Below, piece after piece: positions 56,189 through 64,000 of a stretch of 64,000 bases of DNA. Made by a program: the position numbers and the translations under genes. The stretch is from contig CBDFJF010000002.1 of the NCBI GenBank assembly GCA_965248265.1, forward strand, positions 1,888,001 through 1,952,000, in the 5' to 3' direction. The DNA is from Candidatus Latescibacterota bacterium (GTDB taxonomy: Bacteria; Latescibacterota; UBA2968; UBA8231). Within the stretch, counting starts at the first letter, position 1. Each line of letters begins with the position of its first letter. The notes under the pieces were generated by a model. It searched no databases, was not told the origin of the DNA, and was given only the letters and a program-made list of their open reading frames with translations.

Positions 56189-58834
56189 ATGAAATGGACA
56201 TTGGCAGTGGTAGCGTTGTTGATAGCAGCACAGACGTGGGCGCAGGACACGGAGCTTTCGCCAACTGCACACCGGACGGTTCCGACGGAGCGTCCGAGCG
56301 AGAACATCGCCCTCGGGGCGAGCTACACGATAGAGCCGAGGCCGAATTACCGGCTTAGCAGCGACCCCGGCGATTTCGAGCAACTTACGGATGGCGTCTA
56401 CACGGACGGTTATTTCTGGGCGCAGCTGTCGACCGTGGGCTACCAGGAAAAGACGCCCTCGATCGTGACCCTGGACCTGGGTGCAGTGAAGCCGATACGG
56501 GGGGTGTCCTACCACACGGCAGCGGGATTCGCGGACGTGTGGTTCCCGTCGATGATCCGCATCCTCGTTGCCGGTGAAGACAAGGAGTTTCATGAGATTG
56601 GCGACCTGGTCCAATTGAGTGAGCAGCAACACGGGCCGCTCGCGCCGATGAGGGCGACCGATGCCATGTGGGCCCTCGACGAGATGGTTTTCAGTCAGGA
56701 CCAAGTACACTTTCACTACGACAATAACCGGGATCGCTTCCCGGAGAAAATGACTCCCGAGGTTCGTGAGCAGGTCATCAAGGATGCCTACAAAACTCGA
56801 GCCGAGCAGTATGGGACGTACCGCTACTGGACAGACCGGCTGCGGACGCACGGGCGCTACGTCAGCCTGGTCGTGTGGAACGAGCCGTACACCTTCGTGG
56901 ACGAGATCGAGGTCTACGCTGGAGAGCCAGAGTGGGTGGATGAGCCGCTGCCGGGACCGGCCTTCCCGGACGTTGAGACGTATGCGGTCAGGCTCGCTAT
57001 CGAGAGAGGAATCCGGACCCGCCTGACGCAGGACATCGAGGCCTTGCGGCAGACGGCCGAAGAAGAGGGCATCCCGGCGCAGACACACAGCGCAGTGCTG
57101 GGCGAACTGGCCACCGTGGAGGCGAGTATGGGACAGGCCACGAAGGCGTTCGGGGATGACTTCGAGGCTGTGCTGCCGCTGAATTCATGGCACGAACGGG
57201 TCCTGCAAACTCAGGCCCGACTGTGGCGCGCCAGGGGATTGGAGCCGCTCACGTTCTGGCGCTCAAATCTGTGGGATCCACTTCCCCTGATCGGCACACC
57301 GGACACGGCGACGGAGCTGGCGGTCGAGGTGCACCTGATGCGGAACGAACACCGCGCGGCGGCCTTCAATGTGAGCAACAGCAGCGACGAGCCGACGCAG
57401 GTGAGATTCCGGTTGAGCGGGCTTCCCGGGGGCGACAACCCGGGGTACGTGACCGTTCACGAGGTGATCTGGACGGACACCCGCTCCGGCATGCCGGTGG
57501 CGGCGGCCCTGCCCGAAGTCGGTGCCGAGAGCGGTCTGTATGCGGTGACCGTGCCCGCCGGCATGACCCGACAGGTGTGGCTGACCTTCCATCCGGTCGA
57601 CGTAGAACCCGGCAACTACGAAGGTGAGGTGGTCGTAGAATTGACGCCCGGGGGCAAGCGGTTTCCGTTGCGCATGCACCTGTATCCGCTCGACTTCCCC
57701 GAGCAGCAGTCGCTTCACATGGGCGGCTGGGACTATACGGACCGGATCGGTCATTTCCGCTACATAACCAAGCAGAACCGGTCGGCGATCGTCGAGCACC
57801 TGCGCGAACACCTCGTCGACTCGCCGTGGGCCCTCAAACTGGCGCTGCCGCGTGGCACCCACGATGAGACCGGGGCGATGACGGCGCCACCCTCCACCGA
57901 GTACTTCGATGCGTGGATCGAATTGTGGCCTAGTGCTGGCCAATACATGGTGTTCGCGAAAGTCGGCGACAATTTCGAGTCATTGCCCATGGGCACACCG
58001 GAATTCAATATCGCGGTGAAGGCGTGGGTGACCTTCTGGGCCGAGTACATGGTGTCGAAAGGGTTGCAGCCCGAACAGCTGGCCCTGTTGCTGGTGGATG
58101 AGCCCGACGAGCCGTACCAGGACGAGCGCATTCTTGCCTGGGCAAAGCCGATCCGCGAAGCGGACACGGGAGTCCGCATCTGGGAGGATGTGAACCACGA
58201 TGACATGAACGAGGCGAACCAGGAGATGATCGACGCGTGCCACGTGTTGTGCCCGAACTATCAAGCCTTCGTGAGCAAGGGTGAGGACTATCGCAAATAC
58301 TACCTGACGAAGCGGGATCAGGGGATCGCGCTGGAATTCTACTCGTCATGGCCGAGTCGAATTTTCGATCCGTACGCGGGCCGGCTGAATGCTTGGTCAT
58401 GCTGGCACTACGGGGCCGACGCCTTCTACATGTGGTCGCTGACGGACACGGGCCACGCGTCATCGTGGAACGAATACCTGACTATCAAGAATGCGTACGC
58501 CCCCATCTTCATCGACGAGGAGTCGGTGACGGCCGGCAAACACCTCGAGGCAGCGCGGGAAGGGGTGGAGGACTACGAGTATTTCGCAATGCTGGACCGG
58601 GCGATCCGGGAAGCGTCTGCTCAGGGGATGATGGGTCCGGAGGTGGAGGAGGCGCGTCGGTTGCTGGAGAGCCTGCCGACCAGTGTCCTGGAGGCCGGGG
58701 GCCACGTGGATGGGCTCTACGACGACCAGCCGTTGAGCGGCTTCCACTGGCTGAACGAGAAGGTGGACCGCACTCTGGCGGACGAGGCGCGGATTCAGGT
58801 GTTGGCGGCGTTGACCAAACTGGCTGAGCTCTGA
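56189..58834 (+). CDS. Secreted discoidin-like plus GH123-like/DUF4091 protein, paralog 4 (mosaic of 1 and 2)
   Basis: Alternating blocks closest to paralog 1 or paralog 2. Confidence 0.82.
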   Translation: MKWTLAVVALLIAAQTWAQDTELSPTAHRTVPTERPSENIALGASYTIEPRPNYRLSSDPGDFEQLTDGVYTDGYFWAQLSTVGYQEKTPSIVTLDLGAVKPIRGVSYHTAAGFADVWFPSMIRILVAGEDKEFHEIGDLVQLSEQQHGPLAPMRATDAMWALDEMVFSQDQVHFHYDNNRDRFPEKMTPEVREQVIKDAYKTRAEQYGTYRYWTDRLRTHGRYVSLVVWNEPYTFVDEIEVYAGEPEWVDEPLPGPAFPDVETYAVRLAIERGIRTRLTQDIEALRQTAEEEGIPAQTHSAVLGELATVEASMGQATKAFGDDFEAVLPLNSWHERVLQTQARLWRARGLEPLTFWRSNLWDPLPLIGTPDTATELAVEVHLMRNEHRAAAFNVSNSSDEPTQVRFRLSGLPGGDNPGYVTVHEVIWTDTRSGMPVAAALPEVGAESGLYAVTVPAGMTRQVWLTFHPVDVEPGNYEGEVVVELTPGGKRFPLRMHLYPLDFPEQQSLHMGGWDYTDRIGHFRYITKQNRSAIVEHLREHLVDSPWALKLALPRGTHDETGAMTAPPSTEYFDAWIELWPSAGQYMVFAKVGDNFESLPMGTPEFNIAVKAWVTFWAEYMVSKGLQPEQLALLLVDEPDEPYQDERILAWAKPIREADTGVRIWEDVNHDDMNEANQEMIDACHVLCPNYQAFVSKGEDYRKYYLTKRDQGIALEFYSSWPSRIFDPYAGRLNAWSCWHYGADAFYMWSLTDTGHASSWNEYLTIKNAYAPIFIDEESVTAGKHLEAAREGVEDYEYFAMLDRAIREASAQGMMGPEVEEARRLLESLPTSVLEAGGHVDGLYDDQPLSGFHWLNEKVDRTLADEARIQVLAALTKLAEL

Positions 58835-58949
58835 GGTCAGGGCAGGGCCTCGAGTACCCGGAGGACCGCAAGAATCCCTTTGCCAGCCGACTCAAAAACA
58901 GGTTACAATCCGCCTGGTTGGATAGATCCGTGTCCGGGGAGAGTCATCC

Positions 58950-59660
58950 ATGAAAACCGCTGTCGTTGCAGGAGTCGGACCGGGGCTTGGTGCCGCTCTG
59001 GTTCGCAAGTTCGTCGCTGAAGGTTGCCGGGTGGGCATGCTCGCCCGCTCGCCCGATTACCTGGAACAGCTACAGGCTGAACTGGGAGAGGAGAACGCAC
59101 TGGCCGTTGCCGCTGACATCACGACGGATACCGCCGTAGTGTCCGCCTTCGCTCGAGTCAGGGATCGCTTCGGACCGGTCGACATTCTAGTCAATCACGC
59201 CAGCCTGTCGAACTGGAAAGGCCTCATGGACATAACCCCCGCGGAGTTCGAGCGCGCCTGGCGCGTGACCGTTCTCGGAGCGCTGCACTGCAGCCGGGTG
59301 GCTGCAACCGACATGCTGACCGACAGCCGCGGAGGAACCATTCTCTTCACGGGAGCGACCTCCTCGATTCGCGGACGTCAGGGCGCCATTGACTTCAGCA
59401 GCGCCAAGTTCGGTCTGCGCGGCCTGGCTGATTCCATGGCACGCGAGCTCTGGCCGCAGGGTGTCCACGTTGCTCATGTGCTCATTGATGGCATCATCGA
59501 CACTGAACGCGTGCGAGAGCAGATGAACCTGGATCCGGATGAACCCGTTCTCAAACCCGACGACATCGCCGGTGTGTACTGGAGTCTGGTCGAGCAGGAA
59601 CGCTCCGCCTGGAGCTTCGAGCTGGAGGTACGACCGCACACCGAAGAGTTCTACGGCTAG
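58950..59660 (+). CDS. Short-chain dehydrogenase/reductase
   Basis: VAGVGPGLG, FTGATSS.RG, FSSAKFGLRGL, HVAHV.IDG. Confidence 0.92.
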   Translation: MKTAVVAGVGPGLGAALVRKFVAEGCRVGMLARSPDYLEQLQAELGEENALAVAADITTDTAVVSAFARVRDRFGPVDILVNHASLSNWKGLMDITPAEFERAWRVTVLGALHCSRVAATDMLTDSRGGTILFTGATSSIRGRQGAIDFSSAKFGLRGLADSMARELWPQGVHVAHVLIDGIIDTERVREQMNLDPDEPVLKPDDIAGVYWSLVEQERSAWSFELEVRPHTEEFYG

Positions 59661-59687
59661 GTAGGTGTCTGATCTGATAAGTCGTAG

Positions 59688-60842
59688 TTAGTTGAGCAGC
59701 TCGAGAGCAAGACGAGAATTGTTGAAGGCCTGCGTCAACATCGCCGTGCTGGTCCGTGACAGGATCTGAGCCTTGCTGAGGTTCGCGGTTTCCAGGGCGA
59801 TATCCGAGTCCCGCAGGGCCGACTCGGAGTTTTGGATGCTTTCAATTTCGTTCTCGCTGAAGTCAATGCTGTGGCCCAATCGGTTCCGCATGGCGCCGAT
59901 CTCACCGCGCGCGTCCGATAGCTGTTCGATGGCGGAATCGATCTTTGCCAGTGACTCACGCGCGCTCAGTTGGCTGCTGATGGAAATCGAATCCAGATCC
60001 AGGGCGGCACCGGGAGCCCTCAGATCGGGCAGCACGATGGTCAGCTGTTTCTGCGCATCGTTGGTCGGGGCGATCTGGAAATGCCTGTTGTTCCCCTGTT
60101 CCACGACCACCGTCTTGCCATCGAGATCGCCGGAGACATAATCGCCTTCTGCCGGAAAGCCGGTACCGCTGAGCGTAACCTGTATGCCGAGGTGGTTGAA
60201 GTTGGCAACCACGTTTGTGCCGGCGGCGACACGGCCGTTGTCCAGCGGAGTGGACAGGTCAATCGTCTGTGTAACAACCCCGTTTCCGAGTGTGATGGTG
60301 TTGTCCAGACCTGAATCGACGAAGGTGTAGGTACCCGCATCGGCGCCTGAAAGCTGCACCTTGGTGACACCGGTATCGAGCTTGTCGGTGATGGCGGTGG
60401 ATGCCTGACCGCTGACCTCAGGTTGACCCGTCAAAATGGCATCGTTGTTGTAGCGCGTGGCCTCTATCATGCGATTGATGCCCACGCGGAGTTGATTGAG
60501 CTCGGAATTGAGAATGTCGCGCTGGCTGTCCTGGAGATGAGCGTTCGATGCGGCGACGGCCATCTCGCGCATGCGCAACAGAATCTGAGAGGCTTCACTG
60601 AGTGGCGCCTCGGCCACCTGTAGCAGGTCGTTGGCGGTCTCAGCGTTGCGAACATTCTGATTCAGCTGCACCAGCTCAGAGCGCATCGACTCCGAAATCG
60701 AGATACCAGCCGCGTCGTGGGAGGCTCTTTCGATGCGATGCCCCGACCCGAGCTTGGCAACGACACTGGCCGACAGATTCTGGTTGCGGGTGATCGAGCG
60801 CCCGACATTCACGGCCATGATATTATTGTTCGTTCTCAGCAC
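59688..60842 (-). CDS. fliC: Flagellin (divergent)
   Basis: SGHRI...DAAG.SIS, Q.AE...RMREMAV.ASN and RGEIGA.RNRL...RDSD.A.E..L.K.QIL termini. Confidence 0.9.
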   Translation of the reverse strand: MLRTNNNIMAVNVGRSITRNQNLSASVVAKLGSGHRIERASHDAAGISISESMRSELVQLNQNVRNAETANDLLQVAEAPLSEASQILLRMREMAVAASNAHLQDSQRDILNSELNQLRVGINRMIEATRYNNDAILTGQPEVSGQASTAITDKLDTGVTKVQLSGADAGTYTFVDSGLDNTITLGNGVVTQTIDLSTPLDNGRVAAGTNVVANFNHLGIQVTLSGTGFPAEGDYVSGDLDGKTVVVEQGNNRHFQIAPTNDAQKQLTIVLPDLRAPGAALDLDSISISSQLSARESLAKIDSAIEQLSDARGEIGAMRNRLGHSIDFSENEIESIQNSESALRDSDIALETANLSKAQILSRTSTAMLTQAFNNSRLALELLN

Positions 60843-60969
60843 GCCGGTCGTCCTTCAATTGGATCGTGGACTGGTTCTCGTGATATCAAGTAATGGGACT
60901 TCAGGGTGATTTGTTTTCTTTAACTCATTTAAAATAAACGACTTAGACGGATAACCCCGACACCTCTGT

Positions 60970-60996
60970 GTATCGGGTGGTCGCACGGATGCTTTA
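60970..60996 (-). promoter_or_regulatory. sigma28 (FliA)-type promoter
   Basis: TAAA-N15-CCCGATAC upstream of flagellin (consensus TAAA-N15-GCCGATAA). Confidence 0.7.
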
Positions 60997-61029
60997 GGAA
61001 AAAGAAGCTCCGGCTGGTCGTTACCAGCG

Positions 61030-61091
61030 CCGTGACCGCCCTTGGCATAGCCATCCTCACGATACTGTTTGAGCTGTGTTTCTGTTAGCAT
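61030..61091 (-). pseudogene. N-terminal stub of a PhyH-like dioxygenase
   Basis: MLTETQLKQYREDGY is a typical PhyH start; the homology ends immediately after. Confidence 0.5.
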
Positions 61092-61294
61092 TGCCGCCCC
61101 GTTTCATCCAGCATGGCTCGATCCTCGCCGGCACGGAATGACGGCCGTTGTGGTATCCTCCATGCATTTCCGTAGAGCTTGCAGACCCTCGATACCTCCA
61201 CTAAATTGCGCCATTGTCTTGGAAGACAAAAGCTGGCTAAACTGCCGAGAACGGCAGGCCATTCGCAATAATGTAAACAAGGGGAGTGGAGAAA

Positions 61295-61621
61295 ATGAGC
61301 GTCTATGTCATCGCTGATATTCTGGTCAAGGACGACGCCTGGATTCCCGCCTATGCCGAAAAGGTACACGACATTGTGCATCGCCATGGAGGCAGATATC
61401 TCGCCCGCAGCGGCAATGTGAAGACGCTAGAGGGCGAACCACTGGAAACAACGCTGATCGCCATCCTCGAGTTTCCCAGTGCCGAAGCGGTCGAGGCCTT
61501 CGCCACCGACCCGGACTATGCCCCCTTCGGCAAGGCCCGCCAGGCCGGCTCGGATAGCCGCTTCCAGCTGATCGACGACACCGACATCGCCGGCACCATC
61601 CCGTATCTGGAAAAGGCGTGA
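61295..61621 (+). CDS. DUF1330 family protein
   Basis: HGGRYLAR, LEG, ILEFPS.EA. Confidence 0.88.
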   Translation: MSVYVIADILVKDDAWIPAYAEKVHDIVHRHGGRYLARSGNVKTLEGEPLETTLIAILEFPSAEAVEAFATDPDYAPFGKARQAGSDSRFQLIDDTDIAGTIPYLEKA

Positions 61622-61623
61622 GG

Positions 61624-61803
61624 TCAGAAGATGGGCTCTGCTGCGCCAAGGCCTTGGACAGCGTTCGCCAGAAATGACGAGCGAAACTGGACGCCCCAGC
61701 GGCCGCAAATCCTTGTGAAAATCCAGAACGTATCGAACCCGTTGTATTCGGTGCCGTCAGCGCGTTGCCGAGACTGCCGAATAGCAAGGTGAACCCGTTC
61801 GTC
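61624..61803 (-). pseudogene. 3' fragment of a paralog of 63135-63560
   Basis: DERVHLAIRQSRQRADGTEYNGFDT...AAEPIF* versus DEKVHL...AAEPNT*. Confidence 0.85.
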
Positions 61804-61984
61804 TAAGGGTGGCAAGGTCAACCTCTGGATCCTGTGATGCCGCGAGAGATTGTCTGTGGATTCTGTGGATCGATCACCAGGACCCATACAGATGCCATTA
61901 CTTCCTGCGTCGGTCCTCCAACGGATGTTCATTCGTTCTCACCGGCCCCGACGGAAGATGCCATCAACAGGCACATACACGCCC

Positions 61985-62503
61985 CTAATTCGCCGGTGAA
62001 AATGTAGCATTTATCTGCCCCCAAAGGGTAGGCTTGACGATGGTGATCGAGGGTTCACCCAGCGCACTTAAGTCCTCAGTAGCCTCCCTCATTGGCTTGG
62101 TCCTATGACATGCATTTGTCTGTAGGAACTGTTCGTCGTCGTCTGAAAAGGGGAGTGTGCCGATGAATCCGTATACCAAGTAACTCTCGCCCAGCTGAAA
62201 ACCGTAAAGATTGATAACATCTTGATATTCCTGTGCGATGACGATCGTTTCTCGCCCGCTAAGGCCTTTCCATACCCGATCAACCTGGAAAGTTGCCCGA
62301 TACGTGCGTGTTGGAGGATCTTCCCCTCTTTCGAGTATGCTGTCAGGGTGTTCATCGACCTCGGTCACTGTTCCCGAGAAAACAAAATCGGCTTGCTCCG
62401 ATGCTTCTAGTGGAGCAGGAATGGAAAAACAGGAAGCGGTGATAGCATGAGGCGCGCCGAGAGAGCAGCAAGCGACCGAGACGACACAAAGAAGATTGCG
62501 CAC
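61985..62503 (-). CDS. Secreted TIMP-like protein with TIVKPTLWGQI tail
   Basis: Signal peptide; ADFVFSGTV, FQVDRVWKG, GESYLVYG, TNAC.RTK; GTG after GGGGAGG. Confidence 0.75.
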   Translation of the reverse strand: MRNLLCVVSVACCSLGAPHAITASCFSIPAPLEASEQADFVFSGTVTEVDEHPDSILERGEDPPTRTYRATFQVDRVWKGLSGRETIVIAQEYQDVINLYGFQLGESYLVYGFIGTLPFSDDDEQFLQTNACHRTKPMREATEDLSALGEPSITIVKPTLWGQINATFSPAN

Positions 62504-62516
62504 GATAATCCTCCCC

Positions 62517-63053
62517 TCAGCGTTCCTCGGTTGCCTCGTCACAGTACAGCGCTTTTATCTGCCCCCACAGAGTCGGCTGGACGATGGTGATTAGGCCGTC
62601 CAGTGCTGCAATGTCCCCGGCAGCCTCACTGAGCCGTTTGGTTTGCTTACATCCGTTTGTCAGACGGAACCCCCCCGCCACATCGGGAGAACGGTCCGTC
62701 TCTATTTTGTCACCAAGGATACTGCCACTGATGTATCCGTAGACCAGATAGGCTTCACCTACCTCGAAGCTGTATCCGCAGTCCGCACCACTATCTGCCC
62801 ACGATACAATGGTGGTTTCTTGTCCATCAATCCCCTTCCATGACCGATCGACCTCGAATGTTGTGAAGAATATCGGGGACTCAGCCTCTGTCGCTCCCTC
62901 CTCAACGATCTCGATCACTGTACCGGAAAAAACAAATGCGGACCCGCCCAGATTTTGCAGCGGGGGCAAAAATTCACAACTGCATGCAGAAATCGCTTGG
63001 GGTGTGAAAAGCGAGCTTGAAACGAGCGCGATGACGAACAGAAGATTACGCAT
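62517..63053 (-). CDS. Secreted TIMP-like protein with TIVQPTLWGQIKA tail
   Basis: Signal peptide then CSC; FVFSGTV, VDRSWKG, CGYSF.VGE.YLVY. Confidence 0.8.
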   Translation of the reverse strand: MRNLLFVIALVSSSLFTPQAISACSCEFLPPLQNLGGSAFVFSGTVIEIVEEGATEAESPIFFTTFEVDRSWKGIDGQETTIVSWADSGADCGYSFEVGEAYLVYGYISGSILGDKIETDRSPDVAGGFRLTNGCKQTKRLSEAAGDIAALDGLITIVQPTLWGQIKALYCDEATEER

Positions 63054-63088
63054 GGTGGTATCCTCCTTTTGGCTGTAGGATACACCTT

Positions 63089-63104
63089 TGCAAGAGACGT
63101 GCCA
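63089..63104 (-). promoter_or_regulatory. sigma54 promoter
   Basis: TGGCAC-GTCTC-TTGCA, an exact -24/-12 consensus, 35 bp upstream of ATG 63053. Confidence 0.8.
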
Positions 63105-63134
63105 AGAAAGGCGGCAGGAGAATCAGGTGGCGTG

Positions 63135-63560
63135 TCAGGTGTTGGGCTCTGCTGCGCCAAAGCCTTGGACAGCGTTAGCCAGAAATGACGAGCGAAACTG
63201 GACCCCCCAGCGGCCGTAAATCTTTGTGAAGATCCAGAGCGTATCGAATCCGTTGTATTCGGTGCCGTCAGCGCGTTGTCGAGATTGGCGAATAGCAAGG
63301 TGAACCTTTTCATCGCCGACTTGAACTGGATCAATCGACTTGGTTTCCGTCGTGTGCCAGCCTTCCGCTCGCAGGTCTTCCGTCATTGCATCCTGCGGCG
63401 CTCGAAAGTCTTCTTCCGTTGGCCACGTCTGAAACTGGCTACCGGATAGCCGCATATGCGGAAAATGCATCTCCGCCACCATCATGTCGACGTCGCGGGT
63501 ATTGAATCCCAAGCACCAGCGTTCGAACGAATCGATCGCCTCTTTCGCCGGGTCGGCCAT
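63135..63560 (-). CDS. NTF2/SnoaL-like protein
   Basis: FNTRD...MHFPHMRL, GWH.T, KVHL...R.RADG, GRWGVQFRSS; RBS GGGAGG. Confidence 0.75.
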   Translation of the reverse strand: MADPAKEAIDSFERWCLGFNTRDVDMMVAEMHFPHMRLSGSQFQTWPTEEDFRAPQDAMTEDLRAEGWHTTETKSIDPVQVGDEKVHLAIRQSRQRADGTEYNGFDTLWIFTKIYGRWGVQFRSSFLANAVQGFGAAEPNT

Positions 63561-63651
63561 GGTTCCTCCCTCGCAATGATTCAGTCGTGTCCGCCACCCT
63601 CGGCTACGTCTACGAGTACCGTTGACGCCTGTTGCCGGACCCTGTCGTCGT

Positions 63652-64000
63652 TCACTGATGCCAGTCTCGGGCGAGGGCGAAGAAGCGACCATCGTCGCGC
63701 CAGGTGCGGATGGTCACGCCGTCGACGACGTCCTGCGACGATGCCACTTCGGACAGTCCATCGGTCAGGGGGGTGACGTACAGTGTCACCGACTCACCCG
63801 AAGTGCGGTCGCTCAACTTGAGCTGTGCCGCCAATCCACCCTGGATCGAGCAGTAACGCCCACCAACGAGCGCGTAGTCGGTCGCCAGGGGTGCGTTTGG
63901 ATTCGGAATCACTGAGAAATCGAGCCTCCCCAGTCCCGATTGCACCTGCTCGTACTGCTGCGCCGCAACTTCGACTGCCAGCTGCTTGCGGTGATTCATC
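63652..64000 (-). CDS. Hypothetical protein, possible anti-sigma factor C-terminal part (partial)
   Basis: NH.K, LDF, LVGGRYCSIQG..AAQLKL, TLYV motifs; runs off the window edge. Confidence 0.55.
   Translation of the reverse strand, partial: MNHRKQLAVEVAAQQYEQVQSGLGRLDFSVIPNPNAPLATDYALVGGRYCSIQGGLAAQLKLSDRTSGESVTLYVTPLTDGLSEVASSQDVVDGVTIRTWRDDGRFFALARDWHQ

Noticed and set aside
247-58895. Many long antisense or alternate-frame ORFs in the track (e.g. 247-1200, 7007-8254, 24832-26106, 30164-31375, 40078-41199)
   Set aside because: They overlap well-supported genes and have the composition expected of shadow ORFs in GC-rich DNA

Overview
GC-rich bacterial accessory region with no rRNA, tRNA or CRISPR array that I can see. 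The gene style (FlgD/CHU_C-type 'FTPNGDGxND' C-termini, 'TxVxxxxW[GA]xIKA' C-terminal tails, CRTAC1/ASPIC-UnbV proteins, many orphan glycosidase-like genes) suggests Latescibacterota or a related FCB lineage; this is inference. Carbohydrate-related content: four mosaic paralogs of a secreted DUF4091/GH123-like protein, several beta-propeller glycosidase-like genes, a GH127-like gene, a family-5 ABC importer, uxaE and oxidoreductases. Other genes: mazEF, a TonB-dependent receptor, a multiheme cytochrome with CRTAC1, a five-gene cell-surface operon (23050-32915), a DMFase large subunit, an orphan flagellin and two TIMP-like proteins. A dense layer of recombination signals sits on top of this. 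(i) Three co-oriented 28-bp dif/Xer-like sites and a three-copy ~28-bp direct repeat that bracket cargo modules. (ii) Integron attC sites with one cassette apparently nested inside another. (iii) IS91/ISCR oriIS-like ends, including a duplicated 245-bp element with oriIS at one end and a Xer-like arm at the other. (iv) A frameshifted IS110, a MITE, a probable remote DGR target and many truncated gene pieces. All family calls come from motif recognition by eye, not database searches.
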